A stretch of DNA of 64,000 bases, taken from the NCBI GenBank assembly GCA_035446965.1, contig DAOTGE010000003.1:22574-86573 (forward strand). The letters are read 5' to 3'. The position numbers were made by a program, and so were the translations under genes. Shown piece by piece: positions 26,637 to 35,795 of this stretch (positions are counted from its first letter, which is position 1; every line of letters starts with the position of its first letter). This stretch comes from Eubacteriales bacterium (GTDB lineage Bacteria > Bacillota > Clostridia > Christensenellales > CAG-138). Below the pieces are notes generated by a model, which saw only the letters and a program-made list of their open reading frames with translations, did no database searches and was not told the origin of the DNA.

Positions 26637-28709
26637 ATGAAGGAATATACCGCGAAAGACATTCGTAATATTGGCGTCTTCGGGCACGGAGGAGAAGGCA
26701 AAACGACGCTGACCGAAGCCATGCTGTTCAATGCAGGTCTGCTGGACCGGCTGGGCAAGGTGGAAAACGGTTCAACGACGACCGATTTTGACCCCGAAGA
26801 AATTTCTCGCGGTATTTCCATCAATATGGCGCTTGCTCCGTTTGAATGGAAAGGCACAAAGGTCAACGTCATCGACGCGCCGGGCTATTTCGATTTTTAC
26901 GGTGAAGTCGCCGCTGCGATGCAGCTTGCCGACGGCGCGCTGATCGTTGTCGGCGCGGTTTCCGGCCCTGTCGTGGGCACGGAAAAAGCGATGGCGATGT
27001 GCAAAAAAGCGCACAAGCCGCACATGATCGTCATCAACCAGCTGGATCGCGAAAACGCGAACTTCAACAAGGTGATGGGCGAAATTACCGATAAGTTCGG
27101 CACGAGCGCCGTGCCGATTCAGCTGCCGATTATCGAAGGCGGCGTGTTCAAGGGATATGTTGACCTTGTGCATATGACCGGAAAACTTTTTGACGGCAAA
27201 GGCGAGAAGGAGACGGAAATCCCCGCCGGACTGCAGAGCGCGGCTGAAGAATACTACGAAAAGCTCTGTGAAGCGGCGGCCGAAACCGACGAGGAACTCA
27301 TGGAAAAGTACCTCGAAACGTTCGAGCTCACACGCGAAGAATTGCTCAAAGGGCTCTCCACCGGTCTCTGCGACGGCGACATTACGCCCGTTTGCTGCGT
27401 ATCCGCGGCGCAGAACATCGGCGTTGCAACGCTGATGGACAACATTATCGACTATATGCCGTCCGCAGAACTGGCGAAGGCGCCTGCGGCGACCAGCGTA
27501 AAAACCGGCGAAGCGGTCGAAATCACACAGACAGGCAAATTTGCCGCGCAGGTGATCAAGACGACGTTCGATCAGTTTGGCAAATATTCTATCGTGAAGA
27601 TTTATCGTGGCTCGCTGGATTCTTCCGTCTCGCCGTATAACTCCAATGCGGAAAAAAGCGAAAAGGGTTCCTCGCCGGTCATCCTCCGCGGGAAGAAAAG
27701 TATCGGCGTCGACCGCCTCAATGCCGGCGACATCGGGGCGCTGCCGAAACTCCAGTATACCGCAACGGGCGATACGCTCTGCGACGGCGGCGATCCCGTT
27801 CTGTTTGCTCCGATCGAATTCCCAAGGCCCAGCATTTCACTTGCGGTCACCGCAAAGAAGCAGGGTGAGGACGACAAGGTCATTTCCGGCCTGAACCGCA
27901 TCATGGAAGAAGACCCGACCATCCTGATCGAGAAGAATCCGGAAACGGGCGACGTGCTCATCATGGGGCTCGGCGAAATGCATATCGACGTGGTCTGCAG
28001 CAAGCTCAAAAATAAAACCAACGTTGAAGCGCAGATTTCCGACCCGCGGATTCCGTATCGTGAAACCATCCACACCAAGGCGGAAGCCGAGGGCAAGCAC
28101 AAGAAACAGTCCGGCGGCAGCGGCCAGTTCGGCGTTGTGCAGATGCGCTTTGAACCTGCAGACGAGGGCGTGGAATACGAGTTTGTCAACGCGATCGTCG
28201 GCGGCGTGGTCCCGAAGGAATTCATTCCCGCGGTCGAAAAGGGTTTGAAAGAAGCGCTTAAACATGGCGTGCTCGCCGGTTATCCGATGGTCGGCGTAAA
28301 GGCCACTCTCTACGACGGCAAGTATCACCCGGTCGACTCCAAGGAAGTTGCGTTCAAAAGCGCGGCGCGTTTGTCCTATAAAGCGGCGTGCGTAAAGGCG
28401 AACCCGACCCTCATCGAGCCAATTTACCACTATGAAATCTTTGTTCCCAACGACTATGTCGGAACGATCAGCGGCGATCTTTCGTCCCGCCGCGGCCGCA
28501 TGCTGGGCATGAACCCGGTGGAAGGCGGAACGGTGGTCGTCGCCGAAGCGCCGCTTTCCGAGATGTTTAAGTACGCGACCGACCTGCGCAGCATGACGCA
28601 GGCGCGCGGCTCGTTCACGAGCGAGTTCGTTCGCTATGAGGACGTTCCGGCGAACATCGCCAAGAAGATCATCGAACAGGCAAAGCACGAGGACGAAGAA
28701 GAAGATTAA
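26637..28709 (+). CDS. Elongation factor G paralog with a divergent GTPase centre
   Basis: Full five-domain EF-G length and architecture (690 aa). G1 is GHGGEGKTT, G3 is DAPGYFDF (canonical DTPGHVDF) and G4 is NQLD (canonical NKMD). It is not in a str-operon context. Confidence 0.9.
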   Translation: MKEYTAKDIRNIGVFGHGGEGKTTLTEAMLFNAGLLDRLGKVENGSTTTDFDPEEISRGISINMALAPFEWKGTKVNVIDAPGYFDFYGEVAAAMQLADGALIVVGAVSGPVVGTEKAMAMCKKAHKPHMIVINQLDRENANFNKVMGEITDKFGTSAVPIQLPIIEGGVFKGYVDLVHMTGKLFDGKGEKETEIPAGLQSAAEEYYEKLCEAAAETDEELMEKYLETFELTREELLKGLSTGLCDGDITPVCCVSAAQNIGVATLMDNIIDYMPSAELAKAPAATSVKTGEAVEITQTGKFAAQVIKTTFDQFGKYSIVKIYRGSLDSSVSPYNSNAEKSEKGSSPVILRGKKSIGVDRLNAGDIGALPKLQYTATGDTLCDGGDPVLFAPIEFPRPSISLAVTAKKQGEDDKVISGLNRIMEEDPTILIEKNPETGDVLIMGLGEMHIDVVCSKLKNKTNVEAQISDPRIPYRETIHTKAEAEGKHKKQSGGSGQFGVVQMRFEPADEGVEYEFVNAIVGGVVPKEFIPAVEKGLKEALKHGVLAGYPMVGVKATLYDGKYHPVDSKEVAFKSAARLSYKAACVKANPTLIEPIYHYEIFVPNDYVGTISGDLSSRRGRMLGMNPVEGGTVVVAEAPLSEMFKYATDLRSMTQARGSFTSEFVRYEDVPANIAKKIIEQAKHEDEEED

Positions 28710-28724
28710 GGTTACAGGAGCTTT

Positions 28725-28774
28725 ACGGAGGGCGCGACGCCTGGCGGATGCCGTGCGCACGCCCTCCGTTTTCC
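28725..28774 (+). terminator. Putative terminator after the EF-G paralog
   Basis: acggagggcg (28725-28734) pairs with cgccctccgt (28760-28769), followed by tttt. The loop is long and partly self-paired. Confidence 0.45.
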
Positions 28775-28811
28775 GTATCGGTAAACCGCAACGCACCGAA
28801 GGAGGCAGAGC

Positions 28812-29330
28812 ATGAAAACAATTAAAAGCCATGTAAGCAAACAGGCGACCAGCCTGCTGGACATCACATTCTGGAGCAACATGGTCGTTATTGCGCTGGT
28901 GGTCGTGATCAATGCAATCAACCTCTTTCGCTCCGCCGCACAGCAGGATGACTTGATTGAAATCGCGTCTCCGGAGTTTGTTGTTGTTGTCAGCGTCATT
29001 CTTTGCGTATGGATGGCGGTGCGTGCGCTCTCCGCCATTTTTACAAAGCGCAGGTTAAAAAGCGTTTATGTCAGCCTGACGGAAGACGGCGTTGAGGGCG
29101 TTTCGATGCCGGAGCCGATGAGCGGCAGAAAAGGCGAATCCTTTTCGCTGGCATATCGTGAAATTACGGATGTGCACAGGGTTGAAGTGCCGATTACACG
29201 CCGAAATCCGGTCCCGTCCCTGCGGATCGGGAACAGTGAGGAAGGATACACAATCCCCGCGCCGGAGCAGATGGACGAGTTGATTTTGCTGATATCCGAA
29301 CGGATGCCTGGCGCGTCGGCGCACAGGTGA
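28812..29330 (+). CDS. Hypothetical membrane protein (two TM helices plus a small C-terminal beta-rich, PH-like domain)
   Basis: ggaggcagagc lies before the ATG. TM1 is ITFWSNMVVIALVVVINAINLF and TM2 is FVVVVSVILCVWMAVRALSAIF. The C-terminal ~90 aa are soluble. I do not recognise a family. Confidence 0.5.
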   Translation: MKTIKSHVSKQATSLLDITFWSNMVVIALVVVINAINLFRSAAQQDDLIEIASPEFVVVVSVILCVWMAVRALSAIFTKRRLKSVYVSLTEDGVEGVSMPEPMSGRKGESFSLAYREITDVHRVEVPITRRNPVPSLRIGNSEEGYTIPAPEQMDELILLISERMPGASAHR

Positions 29331-29339
29331 CAAAATACA

Positions 29340-29373
29340 AAAAGAAGAAGCGCGGTCAGGCCGCGCTTTTTTG
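29340..29373. terminator. Bidirectional terminator between the hypothetical gene (+) and uvrC (-)
   Basis: agcgcgg-tcagg-ccgcgct stem, flanked by aaaaagaagaa and tttttt. Confidence 0.55.
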
Positions 29374-29391
29374 TTGCCGGAAGAAGAGGGA

Positions 29392-31242
29392 TTATGCGTC
29401 GCCGTTATCGGCCTGCTGGTGGAAGAAGCCGTACACGGATTCCGCCGTGCGGCGGTCGACCGAGGGAACGGCGGCAAGATCTTCCGGCGTGGCCGCCTTG
29501 ATGGCTTCCAGCGTTAAAAACGCGTCGAACAGCGCGCGCTTGCGCTTGTCGCCCACGCCGGGGATGTCGTCCAGAACGGAATACAGCGCGTTGCGGTTGT
29601 GAACGTTTCGATGATAGCTGATTGCGAAGCGGTGCGCTTCGTCGCGCAGGCGTTCGATCAGGTGCTGCGGCGCAGAATTGCGCGGGAGCGCGACGGGTTC
29701 CGCACCCGCAGGCAGATAGATAATCTCGCTGCGTTCCGCAAGACCGACGGCTGGGATGAAGTCGAGAGAAAATTCGTCCAGCACTTCGAGCGCAACGTTC
29801 AGCTGCGTCGGCCCGCCGTCGAGCACGAGCAGGTCCGGCAGCGGTAGGAATCCCGCCTGATTTTCCGAGGCGCTGCGGAAGCGTCTCGTCAGTGCTTCGC
29901 GCATGGCGATCAGGTCGTTTCCGCCTGCGTCCTGCCGGATGCGAAAACGCCTGTAAGCGGTTTTGTCCGGCTGGCCGTCCGTGAACACGACCATCGAAGA
30001 AACGGTATCGCGGCCCTGAATATGCGAGTTATCGAAGCATTCGATGCGGGAAGGAATCGTTTCAAGGCCGAGGATTGCGCTCAACTGGGTCAGCGCACCT
30101 TCGCCGCGTTCCCAGGCGCGTTTTTGCAGGGACGCGTCCTTCTCCAGCGCGTCCAGACAATTCCGATAGGCCAGCTCCGTCAAGCGGCGTTTTTCTCCTC
30201 GCTGGGGACGATGCACATGCACGCGCCGGCCGGCCAGCCCGGTGAGCCACTCGGCGGTGGAGTCCATGTCGGACGCGTCCTGATAGAGCAGTACCTCCGG
30301 CACGAATGAGGCGGACTCTGCATAGTACTGCGAAAGGAACGCGGAAAGCACGTCCGCGTCCGATTCTTCTGTTTCCGCGTCCATGCGGAACTTTTCGGTG
30401 CCGATGACCTTGCCGCTTCGCACAAACAGCGCAAAAACGAGCGCCGCGCTGTCCAGCCGCCCGAGCGCGAACACGTCCATCATGGTGTTGCTTGTGGCGA
30501 TAACGGCCTGCTTCTCGCCAAGGCTTTGGATGGCGCGGATGCGGTCGCGCAGGTTTGCCGCGTGTTCAAAATCCATTCGTTCGGCGGCCTGTTCCATCTG
30601 CTCCGTGAGGGAGCGGACGATGCCGTCCGTGTTGCCGGAAAGGAAGGAGATTACCTCGTCCAGCAAGGCGTGATATTCTTCGCGCGTGACGCTGCCGGTG
30701 CAGGGCGCGCAGCATTTGCCGATATGATACATCAGGCACGGACGTTCGCGCCGGGCAATCATGCGCGCAATATCTTTTTTGCACTGCCGGATCGGGTAAT
30801 GATCGCGCACGAGCGAAAGCCCGTCGCGCAGCAGCATGCCGGAAAGAAACGGTCCGAGGTATTTTGCGCCGTCTTTTTTGACCCGTCGCACGACCTCCAG
30901 CCGCGGGAAATCCTGCTTCAAATCGACGCGGATATAGGGGAAGTGCTTGTCGTCCTTGAGCAGGATGTTGTATTTTGGTTTAAACTCCTTAATCAGGTTC
31001 GATTCAAGGGAAAATGCCTCGGTTTCATTGGAAACGCGGATGTATTCAAAGTCCGCGATCTGGCGCACCATTGCGATGACTTTCGGCGGGTGATTTTTGG
31101 ACGACTGAAAATATTGCCGGACGCGGTTTTTGAGCGAAATCGCTTTTCCGACATAGATGACCTCTCCCGCGGCGTTGAACATCTTGTAAACGCCGGGCGA
31201 GGAAGGCAGAAGCTTGAGTTTTTCTTCGATGATCTGATTCAT
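29392..31242 (-). CDS. uvrC: Excinuclease ABC subunit C
   Basis: GIY-YIG N-terminus (PGVYKMFNAAGEVIYVGKA), UVR domain, RNase H-like endonuclease domain and C-terminal (HhH)2 (IPGVGDKRKRAL). Confidence 0.97.
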   Translation of the reverse strand: MNQIIEEKLKLLPSSPGVYKMFNAAGEVIYVGKAISLKNRVRQYFQSSKNHPPKVIAMVRQIADFEYIRVSNETEAFSLESNLIKEFKPKYNILLKDDKHFPYIRVDLKQDFPRLEVVRRVKKDGAKYLGPFLSGMLLRDGLSLVRDHYPIRQCKKDIARMIARRERPCLMYHIGKCCAPCTGSVTREEYHALLDEVISFLSGNTDGIVRSLTEQMEQAAERMDFEHAANLRDRIRAIQSLGEKQAVIATSNTMMDVFALGRLDSAALVFALFVRSGKVIGTEKFRMDAETEESDADVLSAFLSQYYAESASFVPEVLLYQDASDMDSTAEWLTGLAGRRVHVHRPQRGEKRRLTELAYRNCLDALEKDASLQKRAWERGEGALTQLSAILGLETIPSRIECFDNSHIQGRDTVSSMVVFTDGQPDKTAYRRFRIRQDAGGNDLIAMREALTRRFRSASENQAGFLPLPDLLVLDGGPTQLNVALEVLDEFSLDFIPAVGLAERSEIIYLPAGAEPVALPRNSAPQHLIERLRDEAHRFAISYHRNVHNRNALYSVLDDIPGVGDKRKRALFDAFLTLEAIKAATPEDLAAVPSVDRRTAESVYGFFHQQADNGDA

Positions 31243-31261
31243 TGCGGCAATGCCTGCGTGC

Positions 31262-31828
31262 TCACCCGGCCGTGATTTCTCCCGCGTCGACGAGCATGCG
31301 GTACAGGATGGGCAGGGGAAGGCCGATCACGTTGAAATAGTTGCCGTCGATGCGGTCCACAAATACGCCGCCGGGTCCCTGCACGCCGTAAGCGCCGGCC
31401 TTGTCCAGCGGCTCGCCGGTCGCGACATATGCGTCGATTTCGGCCTGAGACATCGGCATGAACGTGACATGCGTTTCACAATGCCGCACGTCCGTGCGCC
31501 CGTTTTTGAGCACGGCAACGCCGGTGAATACCGTGTGCGTTTTGCCCTGCATCCGCATCAGATATTTTTTTGCAATTTCAGGCGTGTGCGGCTTACCAAG
31601 AATTTTGCCGTTCAGCAAAACGACGGTGTCCGCGCCGATCACACAGTCGTTCGGGTTTGCATCCGCGACGGGCTGCGCTTTCTGCAACGCGAGCGTTTTC
31701 ACATATTCCGCGGGAGGCAGGCCGACCGGCTGCACTTCCTCTTCGTCCGAAGGCCGGACGACAAAGTCCAGCCCGATCATTTTCATTAGTTCCCGCCTGC
31801 GAGGCGAGGACGACGCAAGGATAATCAT
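31262..31828 (-). CDS. maf: Maf family nucleoside triphosphate pyrophosphatase
   Basis: ILASSSPRRRELM, GADTVV and KAGAYGIQG-type motif (KAGAYGVQGPG). Confidence 0.93.
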   Translation of the reverse strand: MIILASSSPRRRELMKMIGLDFVVRPSDEEEVQPVGLPPAEYVKTLALQKAQPVADANPNDCVIGADTVVLLNGKILGKPHTPEIAKKYLMRMQGKTHTVFTGVAVLKNGRTDVRHCETHVTFMPMSQAEIDAYVATGEPLDKAGAYGVQGPGGVFVDRIDGNYFNVIGLPLPILYRMLVDAGEITAG

Positions 31829-31863
31829 ATCGTACGCTTTTGTTCCTTTTACTTTATTTAAAA

Positions 31864-32625
31864 TTAAATAAGCTCTTCCGTGTCGATCTGGACGGGACAG
31901 TGGTCACTGCCAAGCACGTCGCTCAGAATCAAGCTGTCGTTCACTTTCCCAATCAACCGCTCGGACACGATGAAATAGTCGATTCGCCAGCCCGCGTTTC
32001 TGCCGCGAGCGCCGCCGATATAGCTCCACCAGCTGTATGCGCCGGTCTTGTCCGGGTAGAAATGCCGGAAGCTGTCGACAAACCCGTTTTCAAGCAGTCG
32101 GGTCATGCAGGCGCGTTCCTCGTCCGTAAAACCGGCGTTCCTGCGGTTCGTTTTTGGATTCTTCAGATCGATTTCTTCATGCGCAACGTTCAAATCACCG
32201 CAGACGATTACGGGCTTAACGGCATCGAGCGAGCGCAGATACGCTAAAAATGCGTCTTCCCAGGTCATCCGGTAATCCAGACGTTTGAGTTCGTTCTGTG
32301 AGTTCGGCGTGTAGACGGTTACAAAGAAGAAGGTTTCGTATTCCAGCGTAATCACGCGGCCTTCGTTGTCGTGCTCGGCAATTCCTATGCCGTACGTTAC
32401 GTTCAGCGGCTCCTTCTTTACGAACACCGCCGTGCCGGAATAGCCTTTCTTTTCCGCGCTGTTCCAGTAGATGCGATACTTCCCGGGATCGCCGTCGAAC
32501 TGATGAGGCTGCATCTTGGTTTCCTGCACGGCTAAAATATCCGGCGAAGTTTCGTTCAGAAAGTCGAAAAATCCTTTTGTGATGCAGGCGCGAAGGCCGT
32601 TGACATTCCAGGAAATCAGTTTCAT
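31864..32625 (-). CDS. xth: Exodeoxyribonuclease III
   Basis: [32 protein letters not shown] and SDHCPV are present. The ATG at 32625 follows GGAGGG; the 68 upstream codons in the ORF track have no homology-like features. Confidence 0.95.
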   Translation of the reverse strand: MKLISWNVNGLRACITKGFFDFLNETSPDILAVQETKMQPHQFDGDPGKYRIYWNSAEKKGYSGTAVFVKKEPLNVTYGIGIAEHDNEGRVITLEYETFFFVTVYTPNSQNELKRLDYRMTWEDAFLAYLRSLDAVKPVIVCGDLNVAHEEIDLKNPKTNRRNAGFTDEERACMTRLLENGFVDSFRHFYPDKTGAYSWWSYIGGARGRNAGWRIDYFIVSERLIGKVNDSLILSDVLGSDHCPVQIDTEELI

Positions 32626-32746
32626 AGCGCGTATCCCTCCGTCGCATTCGTTCCAGAATAATATAGCATACACAGCGGCAATTGACAAACGGAGAGGCCT
32701 GTGCAAAAGAAACCGGCTGAATCGGTAGAAAAATACTGAAACGGCA

Positions 32747-32774
32747 TTGACATTCATAGAAAACCGAATATAAT
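32747..32774 (+). promoter_or_regulatory. Sigma-A-type promoter upstream of the crp/fnr-ABC operon
   Basis: TTGACA (32747-32752), 16 nt, TATAAT (32769-32774). Confidence 0.5.
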
Positions 32775-32798
32775 GTACCATATGAAACAAAAACAGAG

Positions 32799-33476
32799 GT
32801 GAGCGCAACGAGCCGGTCGGCAAATCCAACTACATATGCTTCGCTTGTTTCAGGCACGTTCCTGTTCGCCGGTATCCCGGAAGAGGATATTCGCACGCTG
32901 CTTGGCGAAGACGGCGTGCGCGTTGCGCACTATGAAAAAGACCAGGTGATCTTCGAGCGCACGACGAATGCACGCGCACTGGCGGTAATACTCTATGGCA
33001 GCTGCCTGGTCACAAAGGAAAGCGAAACCGGCAGGATGCCAATGAGCGTATTGAAGCAACTCGACCTGTTTGGCGCCGCGGCGCTGTTTCATCACGAGCC
33101 GGACTATGTTGCGCGCGTCGCCGCGTCGGAGAGCACATGGGTGCTGCTGATTCCGGAAGACGCGCTGAAAAGCATGATGAAAAAAGACTTCCGGATCGTT
33201 GAAAACTATCTTGACTATCTTACGGCGCGGATTCGCTTTTTAAGCGAACGGCTGGACGGGTTTTTGCCGCAGAGCGTGGAAGATCGCGTGCTGCGGCATA
33301 TTTCGAGCCACGCCGAAAACGGCGTGTACCGGTCCGAATGGAGCGTAAGCGCGCTTGCGGACGCGCTCCGCATCAGCCGCACGACGCTCTACCGCGCCAT
33401 CGATAAACTGGTTTCCGAAGGGAAAATTGAACGTTGCGGACGGGCGTTTCGCCTGTCGAAAGGAGAAAACGAATGA
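32799..33476 (+). CDS. Crp/Fnr family transcriptional regulator
   Basis: cNMP-binding-like beta-barrel (FAGIPEEDI...[10 protein letters not shown]......ALAVILYG) plus a C-terminal HTH ([23 protein letters not shown]). It has a GTG start. Confidence 0.85.
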   Translation: MSATSRSANPTTYASLVSGTFLFAGIPEEDIRTLLGEDGVRVAHYEKDQVIFERTTNARALAVILYGSCLVTKESETGRMPMSVLKQLDLFGAAALFHHEPDYVARVAASESTWVLLIPEDALKSMMKKDFRIVENYLDYLTARIRFLSERLDGFLPQSVEDRVLRHISSHAENGVYRSEWSVSALADALRISRTTLYRAIDKLVSEGKIERCGRAFRLSKGENE

Positions 33477-34408
33477 AAAAACTGATCGCAATTGCGATGA
33501 CCGCGGCTATGCTGCTTGCGTTCGGCTGCGCCAAAACGCCTGCCGAACCAATGAATGTTGCGGCACTGAAAGGCCCGACCGGGCTCGGCATTTCCTATCT
33601 GATGGACGAGGATACCGAGAACTACTCTGTGGAACTCTACGACGCGCCGGACGTAGTGGTCGGCAAGTTCGTCAGCGGTGAAATCGACGTCGCCGCGGTT
33701 CCGATCAACCTTGCTTCCACGCTGTATAACAAGACCGAGGGTAACGTGGTCGTGCTCTGCATCGACACGCTCGGCGTTTTGTATGTTGTTGAAAACGGCG
33801 ATACCGTCAATTCGTTTGAAGACCTTGCGGGCAAGACGATCTCCGCCACAGGCGAAGGCAGCACGCCGCAGTATGTGCTGGATTATCTGCTGGATGCATA
33901 CGGTCTGACCGACCAGGTTACGGTCGAATACGCCGGCGAACACACCGAGCTGGCGGCGCTGCTTGCCAGCGGTGAAACGGAACTCGGCATGCTGCCGGAA
34001 CCGTTCGTCTCGTCCGTTACGCTGAAAAACCCGGACGCTAGAATTGCGCTCGATCTGAACGAAGCCTGGGAAGAAGCCTCCGGCACGAAGCTTGTGCAGG
34101 GCGTCTATATTGCGAACCGCGATTACTACAACGAAAACCCTGATCTGATCAAAAACTTCCTGAAGGACTATGCGGATTCCGTAAATCGCGTGAACACCGA
34201 AGAAGGCGCGGCGAGCCTGATTGCACAACTCGGCATCGTTGCGTCCGAGGAAATTGCCGCGCAGGCGATTCCGCGCAGCAATATCGTCTGCATCACCGGT
34301 GACGATATGGTCACTGCCGCGGGCGCAATGCTGAACGTGCTTTATGGCGCGAACCCGGCCTCTGTCGGCGGCGCGCTGCCCGGCGACGACTTCTATTATG
34401 AAGGCTAA
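33473..34408 (+). CDS. ABC transporter substrate-binding lipoprotein (NMT1/THI5-like, NitT/TauT family)
   Basis: Lipobox [19 protein letters not shown]. The periplasmic-binding fold pattern is (GPTGLG...G.IDVAAVP.NLA). An ATGA overlap links it to the regulator stop. Confidence 0.85.
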   Translation: MKKLIAIAMTAAMLLAFGCAKTPAEPMNVAALKGPTGLGISYLMDEDTENYSVELYDAPDVVVGKFVSGEIDVAAVPINLASTLYNKTEGNVVVLCIDTLGVLYVVENGDTVNSFEDLAGKTISATGEGSTPQYVLDYLLDAYGLTDQVTVEYAGEHTELAALLASGETELGMLPEPFVSSVTLKNPDARIALDLNEAWEEASGTKLVQGVYIANRDYYNENPDLIKNFLKDYADSVNRVNTEEGAASLIAQLGIVASEEIAAQAIPRSNIVCITGDDMVTAAGAMLNVLYGANPASVGGALPGDDFYYEG

Positions 34409-35141
34409 GAACAGCTGGCTGAAAAAAGCGCTGATTGCGCTCATCTATCTGGCGGTGTGGGAAGCGGCGAGCTTGCTGGTTGGCAGGGAGCTCTTGCTTC
34501 CCTCGCCGCTTTCCACGCTTACGCGGCTGGTTGCCCTCCTGGGCCAATGGGAAAGCTGGGCGATCACCGGGCTGACGCTGCTGCGCATCATGAGCGGCTA
34601 TGTGCTCGGCGTTGCGCTTGGCATCCTGCTTGCGATTGTCACCGCGCGCAGCAAACTGATGGAAGAATTCCTAGCGCCGTTTCGCAGTGTTGTCAAGGCG
34701 ACGCCGGTTACGTCGTTTATCCTGCTGGCGCTGCTCTGGCTGGATTCCAACCTCGTGCCGCTGTTTATCGCTCTGTTGATGGTCATGCCGATGGTTTGGA
34801 CGGATACGGCGGACGCAATTCTGCATACCGATCCGCGCCTGATCGAGATGGGCAAAACGTTCGGCCTCCGAAAGGCCGGAATTATCCGGAAAATCTATAT
34901 CCCGTCCGTTCTGCCGCAGTTTCTCGCGGCCTGCACCACGTCGCTCGGGTTTGCCTGGAAATCCGGCGTGGCGGCGGAAATTATCGCACTGCCGCAGCGC
35001 TCGATCGGCTACAAGCTCTATGAATCCAAACTGCGCATCGAAACGGTCGATCTGTTTGCCTGGACGCTGATGGTAATTCTCCTTTCCATGCTGCTCGAAA
35101 AGCTGCTGGTCAAGGGCATGAGGAGGATACGCCGTGATTAA
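34398..35141 (+). CDS. ABC transporter permease (NitT/TauT family)
   Basis: Six TM helices. An EAA-like loop (MGKTFGLRKAGIIRKIYIPSVLP) is present. The start codon is uncertain. Confidence 0.82.
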   Translation: MKAKNSWLKKALIALIYLAVWEAASLLVGRELLLPSPLSTLTRLVALLGQWESWAITGLTLLRIMSGYVLGVALGILLAIVTARSKLMEEFLAPFRSVVKATPVTSFILLALLWLDSNLVPLFIALLMVMPMVWTDTADAILHTDPRLIEMGKTFGLRKAGIIRKIYIPSVLPQFLAACTTSLGFAWKSGVAAEIIALPQRSIGYKLYESKLRIETVDLFAWTLMVILLSMLLEKLLVKGMRRIRRD

Positions 35142-35691
35142 AATTCGCAATCTGAACCTGTCTTTGGGCGGCAAAACCGTGTTTTGCGATTTTTCCGCCG
35201 ATCTGCCCGAAACCGGAGTGACGGTGTTCCGCGGTGCGTCCGGTATGGGCAAAACAACGCTGTTTCGCATGATGCTGGGGCTGCAGAAGCCGGATTCCGG
35301 CACAATTTCGGGAATTGCGTTTCAAAGGCCCGCCGTCGTGTTTCAGGAAGACCGGCTCATGCCCTGGGCAAGCGCGCTTGAAAACGCCGCGCTTGGTTCC
35401 GGCGACGAGCAGGCGCAGGCGGCGCTGAAAAAACTCGGAATGGAGGAGAGCATGTATTTGCTGCCGCGCGAGCTTTCCGGCGGGATGCGGCGGCGTGTTG
35501 CGATTGCGCGTGCGCTGGCATACGGCGGGGACGCGCTGTTTCTGGACGAACCGTTTACCGGGCTGGACGAGGAGAACCGTAAATCGACGGTAAAGGCCGT
35601 GCTGGAGGCGGGTGTTCCGGTCTATGTCATCACGCATGAAGACGCCGGCGCGGAGCTGTTCGGCCCGCACGAAACGGTCATAATCGGCTGA
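35134..35691 (+). CDS. ABC transporter ATP-binding protein (compact, 185 aa)
   Basis: Walker A GASGMGKTT, Q-loop VFQEDRL, signature LSGGMRRRV, Walker B LFLDEPF and H-loop ITHE. Confidence 0.9.
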   Translation: MIKIRNLNLSLGGKTVFCDFSADLPETGVTVFRGASGMGKTTLFRMMLGLQKPDSGTISGIAFQRPAVVFQEDRLMPWASALENAALGSGDEQAQAALKKLGMEESMYLLPRELSGGMRRRVAIARALAYGGDALFLDEPFTGLDEENRKSTVKAVLEAGVPVYVITHEDAGAELFGPHETVIIG

Positions 35692-35795
35692 CGCGCACAT
35701 TTACCGCGTGTAAAGAGCGGGGAAATCGCGATGAAATATTGAGTATTCCGCCTTATGGTGGTATACTTTTTTATTATCATCGGGGAGGTATGGGT

